A stretch of DNA of 64,000 nt. It comes from Escherichia coli (GTDB lineage: Bacteria > Pseudomonadota > Gammaproteobacteria > Enterobacterales > Enterobacteriaceae). A model generated the notes under the pieces. The model was not told where the DNA came from, searched no databases, and saw only the letters and a program-made list of their open reading frames with translations. Every line of letters begins with the position of its first letter. Position 1 is the first letter of the stretch. The position numbers were made by a program, and so were the translations under genes. The stretch lies in assembly GCF_030384885.1 (NCBI RefSeq), contig NZ_CP128615.1, one strand, 5' to 3'. Below, piece by piece: positions 28,628 through 39,462 of this stretch.

Positions 28628-28665
28628 GGGGAGCCCGCAGAATTCGGAAAAAATCGTACGCTAAG
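28628..28665. repeat. Tn1721 internal 38-bp inverted repeat (end of the Tn1722 core)
   Basis: GGGGAGCCCGCAGAATTCGGAAAAAATCGTACGCTAAG; tnpA stop lies inside it. Confidence 0.8.
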
Positions 28666-31627
28666 GTTTTCCGGGCATCCGTAAGGGCCGAAACTTCCCG
28701 TCTTCCAGTCTGCGGCTCTGCCGCCAGACGTAATCGCCGGTTAGGTTGATGTGCTCCCAGCCCAGCGGCGACAGGAATTGCAGCAGCTCGCCGTCCACCG
28801 GCTTGCCGGCCTCGACCAACCCCTGGGTGGCGCGTTCCAGGTACACCGTGTTCCACAGCACGATAGCCGCCGTCACCAGGTTGAGGCCGCTGGCCCGGTA
28901 GCGCTGCTGCTCGAAGCTCCGATCCCTGATTTCCCCAAGGCGGTTGAAGAACACCGCCCTGGCCAGCGAGTTGCGCGCCTCACCTTTGTTCAGGCCGGCA
29001 TGCACGCGGCGGCGCAGTTCAACACTTTGCAGCCAGTCCAGGATGAACAGCGTGCGCTCGATCCGGCCCAGCTCGCGCAGGGCCACGGCCAGTCCGTTCT
29101 GGCGCGGGTAGCTGCCGAGCTTGCGCAGCATCAGCGAGGCGGTGACGGTGCCCTGCTTGATCGAGCTGGCCAGGCGCAGGATGTCGTCCCAGTGGGCACG
29201 CACGTGCTTGATGTTCAGGGTGCCGCCGATCAGCGGGCGCAACGTCGGGTAGGCTTGCACGCCCTGCGGCACGTACAGCTTGGTTTCGCCGAGGTCGCGG
29301 ATGCGCGGCGCGAAGCGGAAGCCTAGCAGGTGCATCAGGGCAAAGACGTGATCGGTGAAGCCGGCCGTGTCGGTGTAGTGCTCCTCGATCCGCAGGTCGG
29401 ACTCGTGGTACAGCAGGCCGTCGAGCACATAGGTGGAATCGCGGACGCCGACATTCACCACGCGGGTGCTGAACGGCGCGTACTGGTCGGAGATATGGGT
29501 ATAGAACAGCCGTCCCGGCTCGCTACCGTACTTCGGGTTGACGTGCCCGGTGCTCTCGCCCCGGCCACCCGCGCGGAAGCGCTGGCCATCGGAGGATGAG
29601 GTCGTGCCGTCGCCCCAGTGGGCGGCAAAGGCGTGGCGATACTGGTGGTTGACCAGCTCGGCCAAGGCCGCCGAATAGGTTTCGTCGCGGATGTGCCAGG
29701 CTTGCAGCCAGGACAGCTTGGCGTAGGTCAGGCCGGGGCTCGACTCGGCCATCTTGGTCAGCCCGAGGTTGATCGCATCACCGAGGATTGCGGACAGCAG
29801 CAACGTCCTGTCTTTGGCCTCGGCCCCGTCCTTCAAGTGGGTGAAGTGGCGGCTGAAGCCCGTCCAGTCGTCCACGTCCATCAGCAGTTCGGTGATCTTG
29901 ATGCGCGGCAGTAACTGGCTGGTTTGGTCGATCAGCGCCTGCGCCCGATCCGGCACCGCCGCATCCAGCGGGGTGATTTTCAGCCCTGACTCGGTGAGGA
30001 TGGCATCGGGCAGCTCGTTGTCCTTGGCCAGGCGGGTGACGGTGGCCAACTGCTCGTCCAGCAGCTGCAAACGCTCTTCCAGGTACTGGTCGCTGTTCGG
30101 GTTGATCGCCAGGGGCAGGGCCTGCTCGCGCTTGAGTGCGGCGAACTTCTCGGCCGGCAGCAGGTAGTCGTCGAAGTCGCGGAACTGCCGCGAGCCCTTG
30201 ACCCAGATGTCGCCGGAGCGCAGGGCGTTCTTCAGCTCGGACAGGGCGCAGATTTCGTAGAATTTCCGGTCGAGGCCTTCCGGGGTGATCACCAGCGGCT
30301 TCCAGCGCGGCTTGATGAAGGCCGTGGGTGCATCGGCCGGCACCTTGCGCAGGTTGTCGGCGTTCATCTCACGCAGGGTCTGCACGGCTGCCAGCACGCC
30401 TTGCGCGGCCGGCGCGGCGCGCAGTTCCAGCACCTCCAGCAAGGCCGGCGTGTAACGGCGCAGGGTGGCGAAGTTCTCGCCGACCAGGTGCAGGTGGTCG
30501 AAGCCTTCCGGCCGGGCCAGCAGCTCGGCCTCGCTGACGCTCTCGGTGAACTCGTCCCAGGGAATCACCGCCTCGATGGCGGCATAGGGGTCGCTGCCGC
30601 TTTCCTTCGCTTCCAGCAGCGCCTGGCCGATCCTGGAGTACAGGCGCACCTTGTCGTTGATCGCCTTGCCCTGCTTCTGGAACTGCTGCTGATGCTTGTG
30701 CTTCGCGCCGCTGAACAGCTTGACCAGGATGCGGTCATGCAGATCGACCAGCTCATCGATCACGGTCGCGGTGCTCTCCAGCACCACGGCGGCCAGGGTC
30801 GCGTAGCGGCGCTGCGGCTCGAACTTACCGAGGTCTTTGGGCGTCATCTGCCCACCCTCGCGGGCCAGCTTGAGCAGGCGGTTCTGGTGGATGTGCCGGC
30901 CCAGGCCTTCGGGCAAGTCCACCAACTGAAATGTCTTCAGCCGCTCGATGTGTTCCAGCATGTGCCGAGAGTTGGGTTTCAGCGGTGCCTGGCGCAGCCA
31001 GGTCAACCAGGTGATGCTGCTGCCGGCCTTGAGCTTCAACAGCTCGTCCAGCTTGGCCCGATGCGAGTCCGTGAGTGGTTCGACCAGGGCGCGGTAGACC
31101 CGCCGATTGGCTCGCGCAATGGCTTCCGAGCAGGCCCGGTCAATCACGCTCAGCGCCGGCAGGATGCGTCGTTTCTGCCGTAGGCTCTCCAGGGCCTGAC
31201 CGGCCAGCAGCAAGCCTTTGTCGGTCTGCTGGGCCAGCTCGGTTAGCTCGCGCACCAGGGCGCGGAAGTCGGACAGGCCGAACGGGGCCAGTTGCAGGTA
31301 GGTGCGCAGTTCCTGGGCATGCTCGCGACGGGTCACGTCGCGCTCGCCGTACTTTGCCCAGCTCGCCGGCTCGGCCTGGACTTGCTTCGCCACCCACAGG
31401 ATGACCGGCTCGGGCAGCTCGCTGTCGGTTCCCAGCGCGTAACCGGGGTAGCGCAGCAGGCAGAGCTGCACGGCGAAGCCGAGGCGGTTGGCGTCGCCGC
31501 GTCGCTGGCGGATCAGCGACAGGTCGGAGTCGTTGAAGGTGTAGTAGCGGATCAGGTCATCCTGGCTTTCCGGCAGCGCAAGCAGGGTGTCCCGCTCCGT
31601 GGCCGAGAGGATCAAGCGACGCGGCAT
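28661..31627 (-). CDS. tnpA: Tn21-subgroup Tn3-family transposase TnpA (Tn1721)
   Basis: 988 aa [31 protein letters not shown]... ending ...LTGDYVWRQ... Confidence 0.9.
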   Translation of the reverse strand: MPRRLILSATERDTLLALPESQDDLIRYYTFNDSDLSLIRQRRGDANRLGFAVQLCLLRYPGYALGTDSELPEPVILWVAKQVQAEPASWAKYGERDVTRREHAQELRTYLQLAPFGLSDFRALVRELTELAQQTDKGLLLAGQALESLRQKRRILPALSVIDRACSEAIARANRRVYRALVEPLTDSHRAKLDELLKLKAGSSITWLTWLRQAPLKPNSRHMLEHIERLKTFQLVDLPEGLGRHIHQNRLLKLAREGGQMTPKDLGKFEPQRRYATLAAVVLESTATVIDELVDLHDRILVKLFSGAKHKHQQQFQKQGKAINDKVRLYSRIGQALLEAKESGSDPYAAIEAVIPWDEFTESVSEAELLARPEGFDHLHLVGENFATLRRYTPALLEVLELRAAPAAQGVLAAVQTLREMNADNLRKVPADAPTAFIKPRWKPLVITPEGLDRKFYEICALSELKNALRSGDIWVKGSRQFRDFDDYLLPAEKFAALKREQALPLAINPNSDQYLEERLQLLDEQLATVTRLAKDNELPDAILTESGLKITPLDAAVPDRAQALIDQTSQLLPRIKITELLMDVDDWTGFSRHFTHLKDGAEAKDRTLLLSAILGDAINLGLTKMAESSPGLTYAKLSWLQAWHIRDETYSAALAELVNHQYRHAFAAHWGDGTTSSSDGQRFRAGGRGESTGHVNPKYGSEPGRLFYTHISDQYAPFSTRVVNVGVRDSTYVLDGLLYHESDLRIEEHYTDTAGFTDHVFALMHLLGFRFAPRIRDLGETKLYVPQGVQAYPTLRPLIGGTLNIKHVRAHWDDILRLASSIKQGTVTASLMLRKLGSYPRQNGLAVALRELGRIERTLFILDWLQSVELRRRVHAGLNKGEARNSLARAVFFNRLGEIRDRSFEQQRYRASGLNLVTAAIVLWNTVYLERATQGLVEAGKPVDGELLQFLSPLGWEHINLTGDYVWRQSRRLEDGKFRPLRMPGKP

Positions 31628-31630
31628 GTG

Positions 31631-32191
31631 TCAGTCGTCCGTGCGGAGGTACTGGTAGAGGGTTTCCCGGCTGATGTTGAACTCGCGGGCAAGCTGCGCC
31701 TTGGGCTCGCCGGCCGTCGCTCGCTGCCGCAGGGTAGCAGCCTGCTCATCGGACAGGGCTTTCTTGCGGCCCCGGTACGCGCCACGCTGCTTGGCCAAGG
31801 CGATGCCCTCACGCTGCCGCTCGCGGATCAGGGCGCGCTCGAACTCAGCGAAGGCCCCCATCACCGACAGCATCAGGTTGGCCATCGGCGAGTCCTCGCC
31901 AGTGAACACCAGGCCCTCCTTCAGGAACTCGATGCGCACGCCGCGCTGAGTCAGCTTCTGTACCAAGCGACGCAGGTCATCGAGGTTGCGGGCCAGCCGA
32001 TCCATGCTGTGCACCACCACTGTATCGCCTTCGCGGACGAAGCTCAGCAGCGCTTCGAGCTGGGGGCGCTGGGTGTCCTTGCCCGATGCCTTGTCGGTGA
32101 ACACCTTGCTCACCTGGGTTTGTTCCAGCTGGCGTTCCGGGTTCTGGTCAAAGCTGCTGACCCGGACGTAGCCGATGCGGTGCCCCTGCAC
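31631..32191 (-). CDS. tnpR: Serine resolvase TnpR (Tn1721)
   Basis: 186 aa MQGHRIGYVRVSSFDQNPERQLEQ... with catalytic serine region and C-terminal HTH. Confidence 0.9.
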   Translation of the reverse strand: MQGHRIGYVRVSSFDQNPERQLEQTQVSKVFTDKASGKDTQRPQLEALLSFVREGDTVVVHSMDRLARNLDDLRRLVQKLTQRGVRIEFLKEGLVFTGEDSPMANLMLSVMGAFAEFERALIRERQREGIALAKQRGAYRGRKKALSDEQAATLRQRATAGEPKAQLAREFNISRETLYQYLRTDD

Positions 32192-32499
32192 GATGTCTCC
32201 TTGGTTGAAGGCGGCTTAAGTGCACTTTCTGTTCCGTTGTGCCTCAAAGCCCATTTCTGTCAGGCTGAAATCTATAACCTTCGCGGGCATGTGTCAAAAA
32301 ATGGGAAAGCAGACTCTATTCTGACGAAGCGGCGCGCCCTGCCTGACATCAAGTTAGGGTATAGCCTAGATTGACATGCGCGATGCAACCCTTAACTTGC
32401 TTGCACCTATCGTTTCCATGCTAGCTTTATCGTAACGCTCAAGAAATTGGGCTTAATGCCGAAAACAATAAAATAAAACAGCCAACCCTTGAGGTTCTT

Positions 32500-34077
32500 A
32501 TGCGCCAGAATTTACCAGTGACGGGTCGAAACTTAGAACTCCCAAAAGATGCCAATATTCTTTCGACTACCTCCCCTCAAAGCCATATCACGTACGTTAA
32601 TCCTGACTTCATTAAAATCAGTGGTTTCACTGAGGAAGAACTATTAGGCCAGCCTCACAACATCGTAAGACACCCAGATATGCCGCCTGCTGCATTTGAG
32701 CATATGTGGAGTACATTAAAATCTGGCCGCTCATGGATGGGGCTAGTAAAAAATCGCTGTAAAAATGGCGACCACTATTGGGTAAGTGCTTATGTAACGC
32801 CAATAGCTAAGAATGGTTCGATTGTTGAATACCAGTCTGTAAGGACCAAGCCTGAACCTGAGCAGGTTTTGGCTGCGGAAAAATTATATGCTCAATTGAG
32901 AAGCGGGAAGGCCGCGAGGCCGAAATTGGCTGCTAGCTTTTCCGTGAAAATACTCTTGCTCATATGGGGTAGTATTATATCAAGCGCAATGGCTGCCGGC
33001 ATGCTTACTGATACATCAATAAGCAGCTTATTGTTAGCCACTTTAATGTCAGGAAGCTTAAGCTCTGTTAGTGTTTTGGCTATTCTCTCTCCTCTTGGAA
33101 GACTGGTTGAAAGAGCCAGGAATATTTCCAATAACCCATTAAGTCAATCCCTCTACACTGGGCGCACCGATGAGTTTGGCCAAATAGAGTTTGCTTTACG
33201 AATGATGCAAGCTGAAACAGGCGCCATAGTAGGTCGCATAGGTGATGCATCAAATCGGCTTAGCGAACACACCCGAGGCCTACTAAAGGATATTGAGTCA
33301 AGCAATGTACTTACAGTTGAGCAGCAGGCAGAGACAGATCAAATAGCAACGGCAGTAAACCAAATGGTGGCAAGCATTCAAGAGGTTGCGAGCAATGCAC
33401 AGCATGCTGCAGATGCGGCCGGAAGAGCAGACACTGAGACGGCATCTGGCCAGCGTCTGGTAGCCCACACAAGCCAGTCAATCACTGCCCTTGAAGGTGA
33501 AATTAGGCAAGCCACTCAGGTTATTCATGAGCTTGAAGGTCAAAGTAACGAGATATCAAAAGTTCTTGACGTTATACGAGGGATCGCCGAGCAAACGAAT
33601 TTGTTGGCACTCAACGCAGCAATTGAGGCCGCGCGTGCTGGTGAGCAGGGGCGTGGTTTTGCTGTTGTCGCCGATGAGGTTCGCAGTCTTGCTGCTCGCA
33701 CACAGCAATCGACAACGGATATTCAAAGCATGATCAGCGCTCTACAAGAGCGAGCGCAATCCGCTGTTACAGTCATGGAGCAAAGTAGTCGGCAAGCGCA
33801 CACGAGTGTAGCTCACGCAGAGGAAGCAGCTACAGCTCTTGATGGAATTGGCCAACGCGTTAACGAAATTACCGACATGAACGCGCAAATAGCGACTGCG
33901 GTCGAGCAGCAGGGAGCAGTAAGTGAAGACATAAACCGCAGTATTATCAATATACGCGATGCTGCTGATACCAATGTACAGACCGGGCAGAATAATTTGC
34001 AAAGTGCGAAATCTGTCGCTCAGTTAACTAGCGCTCTGAGCGAACTGGCAAAACAGTTTTGGGAAAAACGAGGATAA
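32500..34077 (+). CDS. Methyl-accepting chemotaxis-like protein (Tn1721 orfI / mcp)
   Basis: 525 aa with PAS-like N-terminus, two hydrophobic segments and a C-terminal MCP signalling domain ([30 protein letters not shown]). Confidence 0.8.
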   Translation: MRQNLPVTGRNLELPKDANILSTTSPQSHITYVNPDFIKISGFTEEELLGQPHNIVRHPDMPPAAFEHMWSTLKSGRSWMGLVKNRCKNGDHYWVSAYVTPIAKNGSIVEYQSVRTKPEPEQVLAAEKLYAQLRSGKAARPKLAASFSVKILLLIWGSIISSAMAAGMLTDTSISSLLLATLMSGSLSSVSVLAILSPLGRLVERARNISNNPLSQSLYTGRTDEFGQIEFALRMMQAETGAIVGRIGDASNRLSEHTRGLLKDIESSNVLTVEQQAETDQIATAVNQMVASIQEVASNAQHAADAAGRADTETASGQRLVAHTSQSITALEGEIRQATQVIHELEGQSNEISKVLDVIRGIAEQTNLLALNAAIEAARAGEQGRGFAVVADEVRSLAARTQQSTTDIQSMISALQERAQSAVTVMEQSSRQAHTSVAHAEEAATALDGIGQRVNEITDMNAQIATAVEQQGAVSEDINRSIINIRDAADTNVQTGQNNLQSAKSVAQLTSALSELAKQFWEKRG

Positions 34078-34228
34078 CGCTTTTCAGTATCTCGACAGGG
34101 ATAACTTACTTTACCATCGGTTATCCCTTTTAGCCGCACAAATTTTAGCCATGGCTTTTCAGGAAGTCAGGGCTATCAGAATGGCCTTAGAAAGCCTAGT
34201 CAAAGAGCTGTCACGAGAACACCGTTAG

Positions 34229-34266
34229 CTTAGCGTACGATTTTTTCCGAATTCTGCGGTTCCCCC
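34229..34266. repeat. Tn1721 outer 38-bp terminal inverted repeat
   Basis: Reverse complement of GGGGGAACCGCAGAATTCGGAAAAAATCGTACGCTAAG. Confidence 0.8.
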
Positions 34267-34300
34267 TTAATTTCAGTATCTGTTATTACAGTTGGGTATC

Positions 34301-34372
34301 GGTGATGCTGCCAACTTACTGATTTAGTGTATGATGGTGTTTTTGAGGTGCTCCAGTGGCTTCTGTTTCTAT
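34301..34372 (+). mobile_element. IS1 left-end fragment (first 72 bp)
   Basis: GGTGATGCTGCCAACTTACTGATTTAGTGTATGATGGTG... then abuts a Tn3-family inverted repeat. Confidence 0.85.
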
Positions 34373-34806
34373 GGGGTCAGTTTGGATATCGAAAATTATT
34401 GTACGTTAAGGTCGTTTTTTGACCTTTCTACTTTAGCTGGCCTCAGCCGACGAAACTTACCGGAGGCCGGTATTCTGTTGTTTTTCCAGATGTAATCGCC
34501 TGTCAGATTGATATGCTCCCAGCCTAACGGCGACAAATGTGACAGCAGTTGCTCGTTGATCTTCACCCCTTTACGCTTCAGGGCATCGACCGCTCTTTCC
34601 ATATACACTGTATTCCACAGCGAGATAGTTGCTGTCAGCAGCGTCAGTCCACTGGCGCGGTAGCTCTGATTTTCCGGTTTACGATCCCTGATTTCACCCA
34701 GACGGTGCAGGAATACCGCGCGCGCTAGAGAGAGCTCCCATCGCTGCGCGACGGGCCCCAACCGGAGAACCAAGTTAGTTACAGCATTCAGATGAAAATT
34801 CATCAT
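34373..34806 (-). pseudogene. Tn3-family transposon end: 38-bp IR (34373-34410) plus C-terminal fragment of TnpA
   Basis: IR GGGGTCAGTTTGGATATCGAAAATTATTGTACGTTAAG; ORF fragment ...[17 protein letters not shown]...[17 protein letters not shown] matches TnpA C-termini. Confidence 0.7.
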
Positions 34807-35250
34807 AAAACCGGCGCCGGTTTGCCAGCCAGGAGCCCCTCCCCACCACTGAAAAGCGCCGCCGCCCCCGGCCGAAGGCCGGGAGTAGTGTCGCTTTTAA
34901 TGATGGGTGTTGTAACTACTCTTCGTCATCTCTGTGAGTAGTGTCGCGGTAAGTTCTGGGATACACGCTCGTAAGCGGCCCTAACGGCCCGCTAACGCGG
35001 AGATACGCCCCGACTGCGGCTGTCGCCTTGCCGGGACCACTCCGACCGCGTACAGAGGCATCTGAGCCGTTTTTAGCGGGTATAGCTTTGCAGGGAAGGG
35101 GGTGGGTGAGGCAGAACCTGTCAAAACAGCAGCCGGCTGCGCCGGGCGACGGCGCCATTTACCCGCAGTACTCCATTCAACTTCAGCTGGCGCCTCCATG
35201 CCGCTGACGCGGCATTATCTATACTTTAAGTCTGGCCACTGGAGGTAACC

Positions 35251-35335
35251 ATGTGCGGACGTTTTTCTCAGTCTATGACGCGGGAAGAGTATCTTTCTCT
35301 CCTCGCCAATGAAGCCGATCGAAATATTGCCTACG
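35251..35335 (+). pseudogene. N-terminal fragment of an SRAP (YedK/HMCES-like) peptidase gene, truncated by IS903
   Basis: MCGRFSQSMTREEYLSLLANEADRNIAY; the MCGRF N-terminus is the SRAP hallmark; cut at the IS903 end. Confidence 0.5.
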
Positions 35336-35463
35336 GGCTTTGTTGAATAAATCAGATTTCGGGTAAGTCTCCCCCGTAGCGGGTTGTGTTTTCAGGCAAT
35401 ACGCACGCTTTCAGGCATACCTGCTTTCGTCATTTTGTTCAGCGCTCGTACCAGGGCCATAGC
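35336..35463 (-). mobile_element. IS903 right-end segment (part of an IS903 copy split by Tn5393)
   Basis: 128 bp identical to the last 128 bp of IS903 in reverse orientation; continues at 42169-43102. Confidence 0.85.
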
Positions 35464-35496
35464 GGGGTCGTTTGCGGGAGGGGGCGGAATCCTACG

Positions 35497-38382
35497 CTAA
35501 GGCTTTGGCCAGCGATATTCTCCGGTGAGATTGATGTGTTCCCATCCGAGCGGCGAAACATGGGCCAAGAGATCGGGCGATAGCAGCTTTCCATCGCGTT
35601 TCTGGTTTGCAACGACCTCGCCGAGCTTCATGGTGTTCCAGAAGATGATGATGGCGGCGAGCAGATTCATGCCGGCGATGCGGTAATGCTGGCCTTCGGC
35701 GGAACGGTCGCGGATTTCACCGCGGCGGTGGAAGCTGATTGCCCGCTTCAGCGCATGATGAGCTTCGCCTTTGTTGAGCCCGATCTGGGCACGCCGTTGG
35801 AGTTCGGCATCCAGAATCCAGTCGATCATGAACAGGGTGCGCTCGACGCGACCGACTTCCCGCAGGGCTGTCGCGAGCTCGTTCTGCCGCGGATAGGAGG
35901 CGAGTTTCCGCAGAATCTGGCTTGGCGCGACGGTCCCGGCAGCAATGGTGGCGGCGATGCGCAGGATGTCGGGCCAATTGCGCTCGATCATGGCTTGGTT
36001 GACCTTTCCGCCGATCAACGCTCGCAGGTGCGCCGGGGCGGCCGACGGATTGAACGCGTAGAGCCGTTTGGATGGCAGGTCGCGGATGCGCGGAGCGAAC
36101 CGGTAGCCGAGAATGGCACATGCGGCAAAGACGTGATCGGTGAAGCCGCCCGTGTCGGTGAACTGCTCGCGGATATGGCGTCCAGCATCGTTCATCAGCA
36201 GGCCATCGAGGATGTAAGGCGCTTCGCTTGCCGTTGCAGGAATCACCTGGGTTGCGAACGGCGCATATTGGTCGGAGACGTGGCTATAGGCTTTCAGGCC
36301 CGGGGTATTGCCATATTTCGCGTTGACCAGGTTCATGGCCTCACCTTGCTCTGTAGCGACGAAGAACTGTCCGTCGCTCGAAGCCGACGTGCCCATGCCC
36401 CAGAACCGGGCCATGGGTAACGCTGCCTGTGCCTCGACCACCATGGCCAGCGCCCGGTCATAGGCTTCGCCCTCGACATGCCACCGTCCAATGCGGATCA
36501 ATTCCCAGAAGGTGTGGGTGTTTGTCGCATCCGCCATTTTGCGCAAGCCGAGGTTGATCCCTTCCGCCAAGATAACGTTCATTAGCCCGATCCGGTCAGC
36601 GCAGGGTGCTCCTGTGCGCAGATGGGTGAACGCTTCGGTGAAGCCGGTCGCCGCATCCACCTCCAGCAGGAGATCGGTGATGCGCGTGGGCGGGATCTGC
36701 TTGTAGAGATCGAGCACCAGATCTTCGGCGCCTGTCGGCGCGGCGGCTTCGAGTTTCTCGATATGCAGAACGCCGTTTTCAATCGACCCGCCCGGGATCG
36801 TGCCTGCGCGAGCGGCACGGCCAAGCTCGCGCAACCGCATGTCGAGGCGAGCTTGCCGGTCTGCCAGCCATTCCTCCGGCCGCAATGGCACAGCGAGACG
36901 ACCGCCTTCCGCGATGGATTGTGCCGGAACGAGTGCGTGTTTCAGATCGCCATAGCGCCGGGACCTAGTAAGCCAGACATCTCCGGAGCGGAACGCATCG
37001 CGCAGATGGAACAGCACCGCGATCTCCCATAGGCGAGCGTCGCCAGCCCTCTGGGCCCGAAGGTGGCGATGCCATTTCGAGCTGGGCCGCAAGAAGCTGG
37101 TCATCGCGGCATCGTTCAAACCGGTACGAAGGGCCGTCACCGCTTCCAGAAGCGGCAGTGCAACGGGCGCAGCTCGCAGATCGAGCAGGCGCAACATGCG
37201 TGGAGCGTATCGGCGGAAGCGGTGATAACCGTCGAGCACATGATTGAGCGGATCGTCGGCCATGGTGGCGGTCAGCCTGGTTGCCATTGCAACAAGGGTT
37301 TTTAAGCCGTCCCACCCTGACCCACTCGCGATGACATCGCCCAGCGGCTGGCCATCATCCTGTGCATCGACCAGGGCGCCCCCGATCTCGGCGAAGGATT
37401 TCAGGGTGTCACGCACCACCCCCGCTTCGTCTGCGACCTTTGCATGGCAAATACGCTCCGAAGCACGGTAGAGACGGCCGACGATCCGGTCGTGGGTTTC
37501 GACCACTGCGTCGGCCAACATCGCCTGCCATTCCGAGACGCAAACAGCCAAGATCGCAAGCCGCCTGTCCTCCGGGAGATCGCGCATGCCGTCGGCATAA
37601 TACCGTTCACCCTGCCTGCGCAGACGAGTCACCCGATGGGCAGGAACGCCGGCAAGCAGATCCTCGGGGAGATCGATGCGTTGCAGATATTCGAGCCGGT
37701 CGAGCAGCCGGTTGGCCGACGAAGAGTTCGAGCCAGGCTCGAACTGGCGCAGCCACACAAAACGGGTCACCCGATCATCAGCCGTCTCCTCGAGCAATGC
37801 CAGCAACTGTTCTCGGATCGACATAGGCAGCCGACTGGCGATCCTCGTCTCGATGCGTCGCTCGGCATCGACGAGAGCCGCGGCACAAAGCCGCTCGATC
37901 GTGGATGTCGCGGGAAGGACAGTGCGGGTGCGTCGGCACTCGGCTACGAAGCGACGGGCGATATCCTCGTTCGACACCGCCATCTCGGCTTCTCGGAACA
38001 ACCATTCCTTCAGCTCGCTCGCACCACGTCCGGAGAAGGTGCGGAAGCCGTAGAGCCCCCGTAACTCGGCAAGATGCTCGTGCCGTGTTTCCTCGCGGGC
38101 AGCATAGTCTACGAGATCGTCGGCACCCAGGCCAAGCTGCGCTCCGATAAATTCGATGACCTCTGCAGGGATCAGTTCGCCTGGAGCCAGCACCCGGCCG
38201 GGATAGCGCAGGACACACAATTGCAGGGCGAAGCCGAACCTGTTGTGAGCGCGCCGACGCAGCCTGATATGCCCAAGGTCTTCATCACTCAGCGTATAGT
38301 GCTTGAGCAAATCCGTCTGTGAAGTCGGCAAGCGCAACAGCGCGTCTTTCTGCCGATCGGTTAGAGTGACGCGACGCGGCAT
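35497..38382 (-). CDS. tnpA: Tn3-family transposase TnpA (Tn5393)
   Basis: 961 aa MPRRVTLTDRQKDALLRLPTSQTDLLKHYTLSDEDLG... Confidence 0.9.
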   Translation of the reverse strand: MPRRVTLTDRQKDALLRLPTSQTDLLKHYTLSDEDLGHIRLRRRAHNRFGFALQLCVLRYPGRVLAPGELIPAEVIEFIGAQLGLGADDLVDYAAREETRHEHLAELRGLYGFRTFSGRGASELKEWLFREAEMAVSNEDIARRFVAECRRTRTVLPATSTIERLCAAALVDAERRIETRIASRLPMSIREQLLALLEETADDRVTRFVWLRQFEPGSNSSSANRLLDRLEYLQRIDLPEDLLAGVPAHRVTRLRRQGERYYADGMRDLPEDRRLAILAVCVSEWQAMLADAVVETHDRIVGRLYRASERICHAKVADEAGVVRDTLKSFAEIGGALVDAQDDGQPLGDVIASGSGWDGLKTLVAMATRLTATMADDPLNHVLDGYHRFRRYAPRMLRLLDLRAAPVALPLLEAVTALRTGLNDAAMTSFLRPSSKWHRHLRAQRAGDARLWEIAVLFHLRDAFRSGDVWLTRSRRYGDLKHALVPAQSIAEGGRLAVPLRPEEWLADRQARLDMRLRELGRAARAGTIPGGSIENGVLHIEKLEAAAPTGAEDLVLDLYKQIPPTRITDLLLEVDAATGFTEAFTHLRTGAPCADRIGLMNVILAEGINLGLRKMADATNTHTFWELIRIGRWHVEGEAYDRALAMVVEAQAALPMARFWGMGTSASSDGQFFVATEQGEAMNLVNAKYGNTPGLKAYSHVSDQYAPFATQVIPATASEAPYILDGLLMNDAGRHIREQFTDTGGFTDHVFAACAILGYRFAPRIRDLPSKRLYAFNPSAAPAHLRALIGGKVNQAMIERNWPDILRIAATIAAGTVAPSQILRKLASYPRQNELATALREVGRVERTLFMIDWILDAELQRRAQIGLNKGEAHHALKRAISFHRRGEIRDRSAEGQHYRIAGMNLLAAIIIFWNTMKLGEVVANQKRDGKLLSPDLLAHVSPLGWEHINLTGEYRWPKP

Positions 38383-38507
38383 ACATGTTCCTTTTTCAAA
38401 ATCTGATAGCGTTCAAGACGCTTTGTTTATGAAGCTGGTTGAGATACATTTCCAGAGGTCAATGCAATCGTGGCCGAAGCGCCGCCTCAAACCAACGTTT
38501 GTGATAC

Positions 38508-39122
38508 ATGCTGATCGGATATGCCCGCGTCTCCAAAGCCGATGGCTCGCAGTCTCTCGACCTGCAGCACGACGCCTTGCGCGCCGCAGGTGTCGAACGG
38601 GACAATATCTATGATGATCTTGCTTCCGGCGGTCGTGATGATCGCCCTGGCTTGACTGCCTGCCTCAAGTCATTGCGTGACGGCGATGTGCTGGTGGTCT
38701 GGAAGCTCGATCGCCTCGGACGATCGCTTGCCCATCTGGTCAACACGGTGAAGGAGCTGTCAGACCGCAAGATCGGCCTGCGGGTTCTGACTGGAAAGGG
38801 CGCTCAGATCGACACCACGACTGCGTCCGGTCGCATGGTGTTCGGAATCTTCGCCACCTTGGCCGAGTTCGAGCGGGATCTGATCCGAGAGCGCACCATG
38901 GCGGGTCTCGCCTCCGCGAGAGCGCGCGGTCGCAAGGGCGGACGAAAATTCGCGCTCACCAAAGCTCAGGTGCGTCTCGCGCAAGCCGCCATGGCCCAGC
39001 GCGATACTTCAGTTTCCGATCTCTGCAAGGAACTCGGCATCGAGCGCGTCACTCTCTACCGATATGTCGGTCCCAAAGGCGAGCTCAGAGACCATGGAAA
39101 GCATGTTCTCGGACTTACGTAG
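38508..39122 (+). CDS. tnpR: Serine resolvase TnpR (Tn5393)
   Basis: 204 aa MLIGYARVSKADGSQSLDLQHDALRAAGV... Confidence 0.9.
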   Translation: MLIGYARVSKADGSQSLDLQHDALRAAGVERDNIYDDLASGGRDDRPGLTACLKSLRDGDVLVVWKLDRLGRSLAHLVNTVKELSDRKIGLRVLTGKGAQIDTTTASGRMVFGIFATLAEFERDLIRERTMAGLASARARGRKGGRKFALTKAQVRLAQAAMAQRDTSVSDLCKELGIERVTLYRYVGPKGELRDHGKHVLGLT

Positions 39123-39165
39123 TGGACTTGCCTCGGTTTCGTTCCGGTCTTTTTGAGAGCATTAT

Positions 39166-39462
39166 TTGTTATCAAGGAGACCATATATGTCATTAAAGCA
39201 TAGTGATGAATTTAAGCGTGATGCAGTTCGCATAGCACTCACTAGTGGCTTAACACGCCGTCAAGTTGCGTCAGATTTAAGTATTGGGCTTTCCACGCTT
39301 GGGAAATGGATCGCATCAATTTCCGATGAAACTAAAATTCCTACCCAAGACACTGATCTTCTGCGTGAGAATGAACGTTTACGCAAAGAGAACCGTATCC
39401 TTCGGGAGGAGAGGGAGATATTAAAAAAGGCAGCAATATTTTTCGCAGTACAAAAGCTGTGA
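39166..39462 (+). CDS. IS1133 transposase OrfA
   Basis: ...MSLKHSDEFKRDAVRIALTSGLTRRQVASDLSIGLSTLGKWI... Confidence 0.8.
   Translation: MLSRRPYMSLKHSDEFKRDAVRIALTSGLTRRQVASDLSIGLSTLGKWIASISDETKIPTQDTDLLRENERLRKENRILREEREILKKAAIFFAVQKL

Larger units (their letters stand above)
25209..34266 (-). mobile_element. Tn1721-derived transposon (Tn1722 core plus tet(A) region), truncated on the pecM side
   Basis: pecM-tetA-tetR, internal 38-bp IR, tnpA, tnpR, mcp-like orfI and outer 38-bp IR (GGGGGAACCGCAGAATTCGGAAAAAATCGTACGCTAAG, reverse-complemented at 34229-34266). Confidence 0.8.

Noticed and set aside
28751-31404. Multiple plus-strand ORFs of 100-260 aa inside the Tn1721 tnpA region
   Set aside because: They are antisense to a well-supported 988-aa transposase gene in GC-rich DNA where long spurious frames are expected.
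34301-34372. IS1 fragment as the missing 5' end of the truncated IS1 at 22270
   Set aside because: The two pieces overlap by 18 bp of IS1 coordinates and differ in sequence, and their order is not that of a simple insertion.
35686-38322. Plus-strand and alternative-frame ORFs inside the Tn5393 tnpA region
   Set aside because: Same reasoning: embedded in or antisense to the 961-aa transposase gene, GC-rich, no independent signals.
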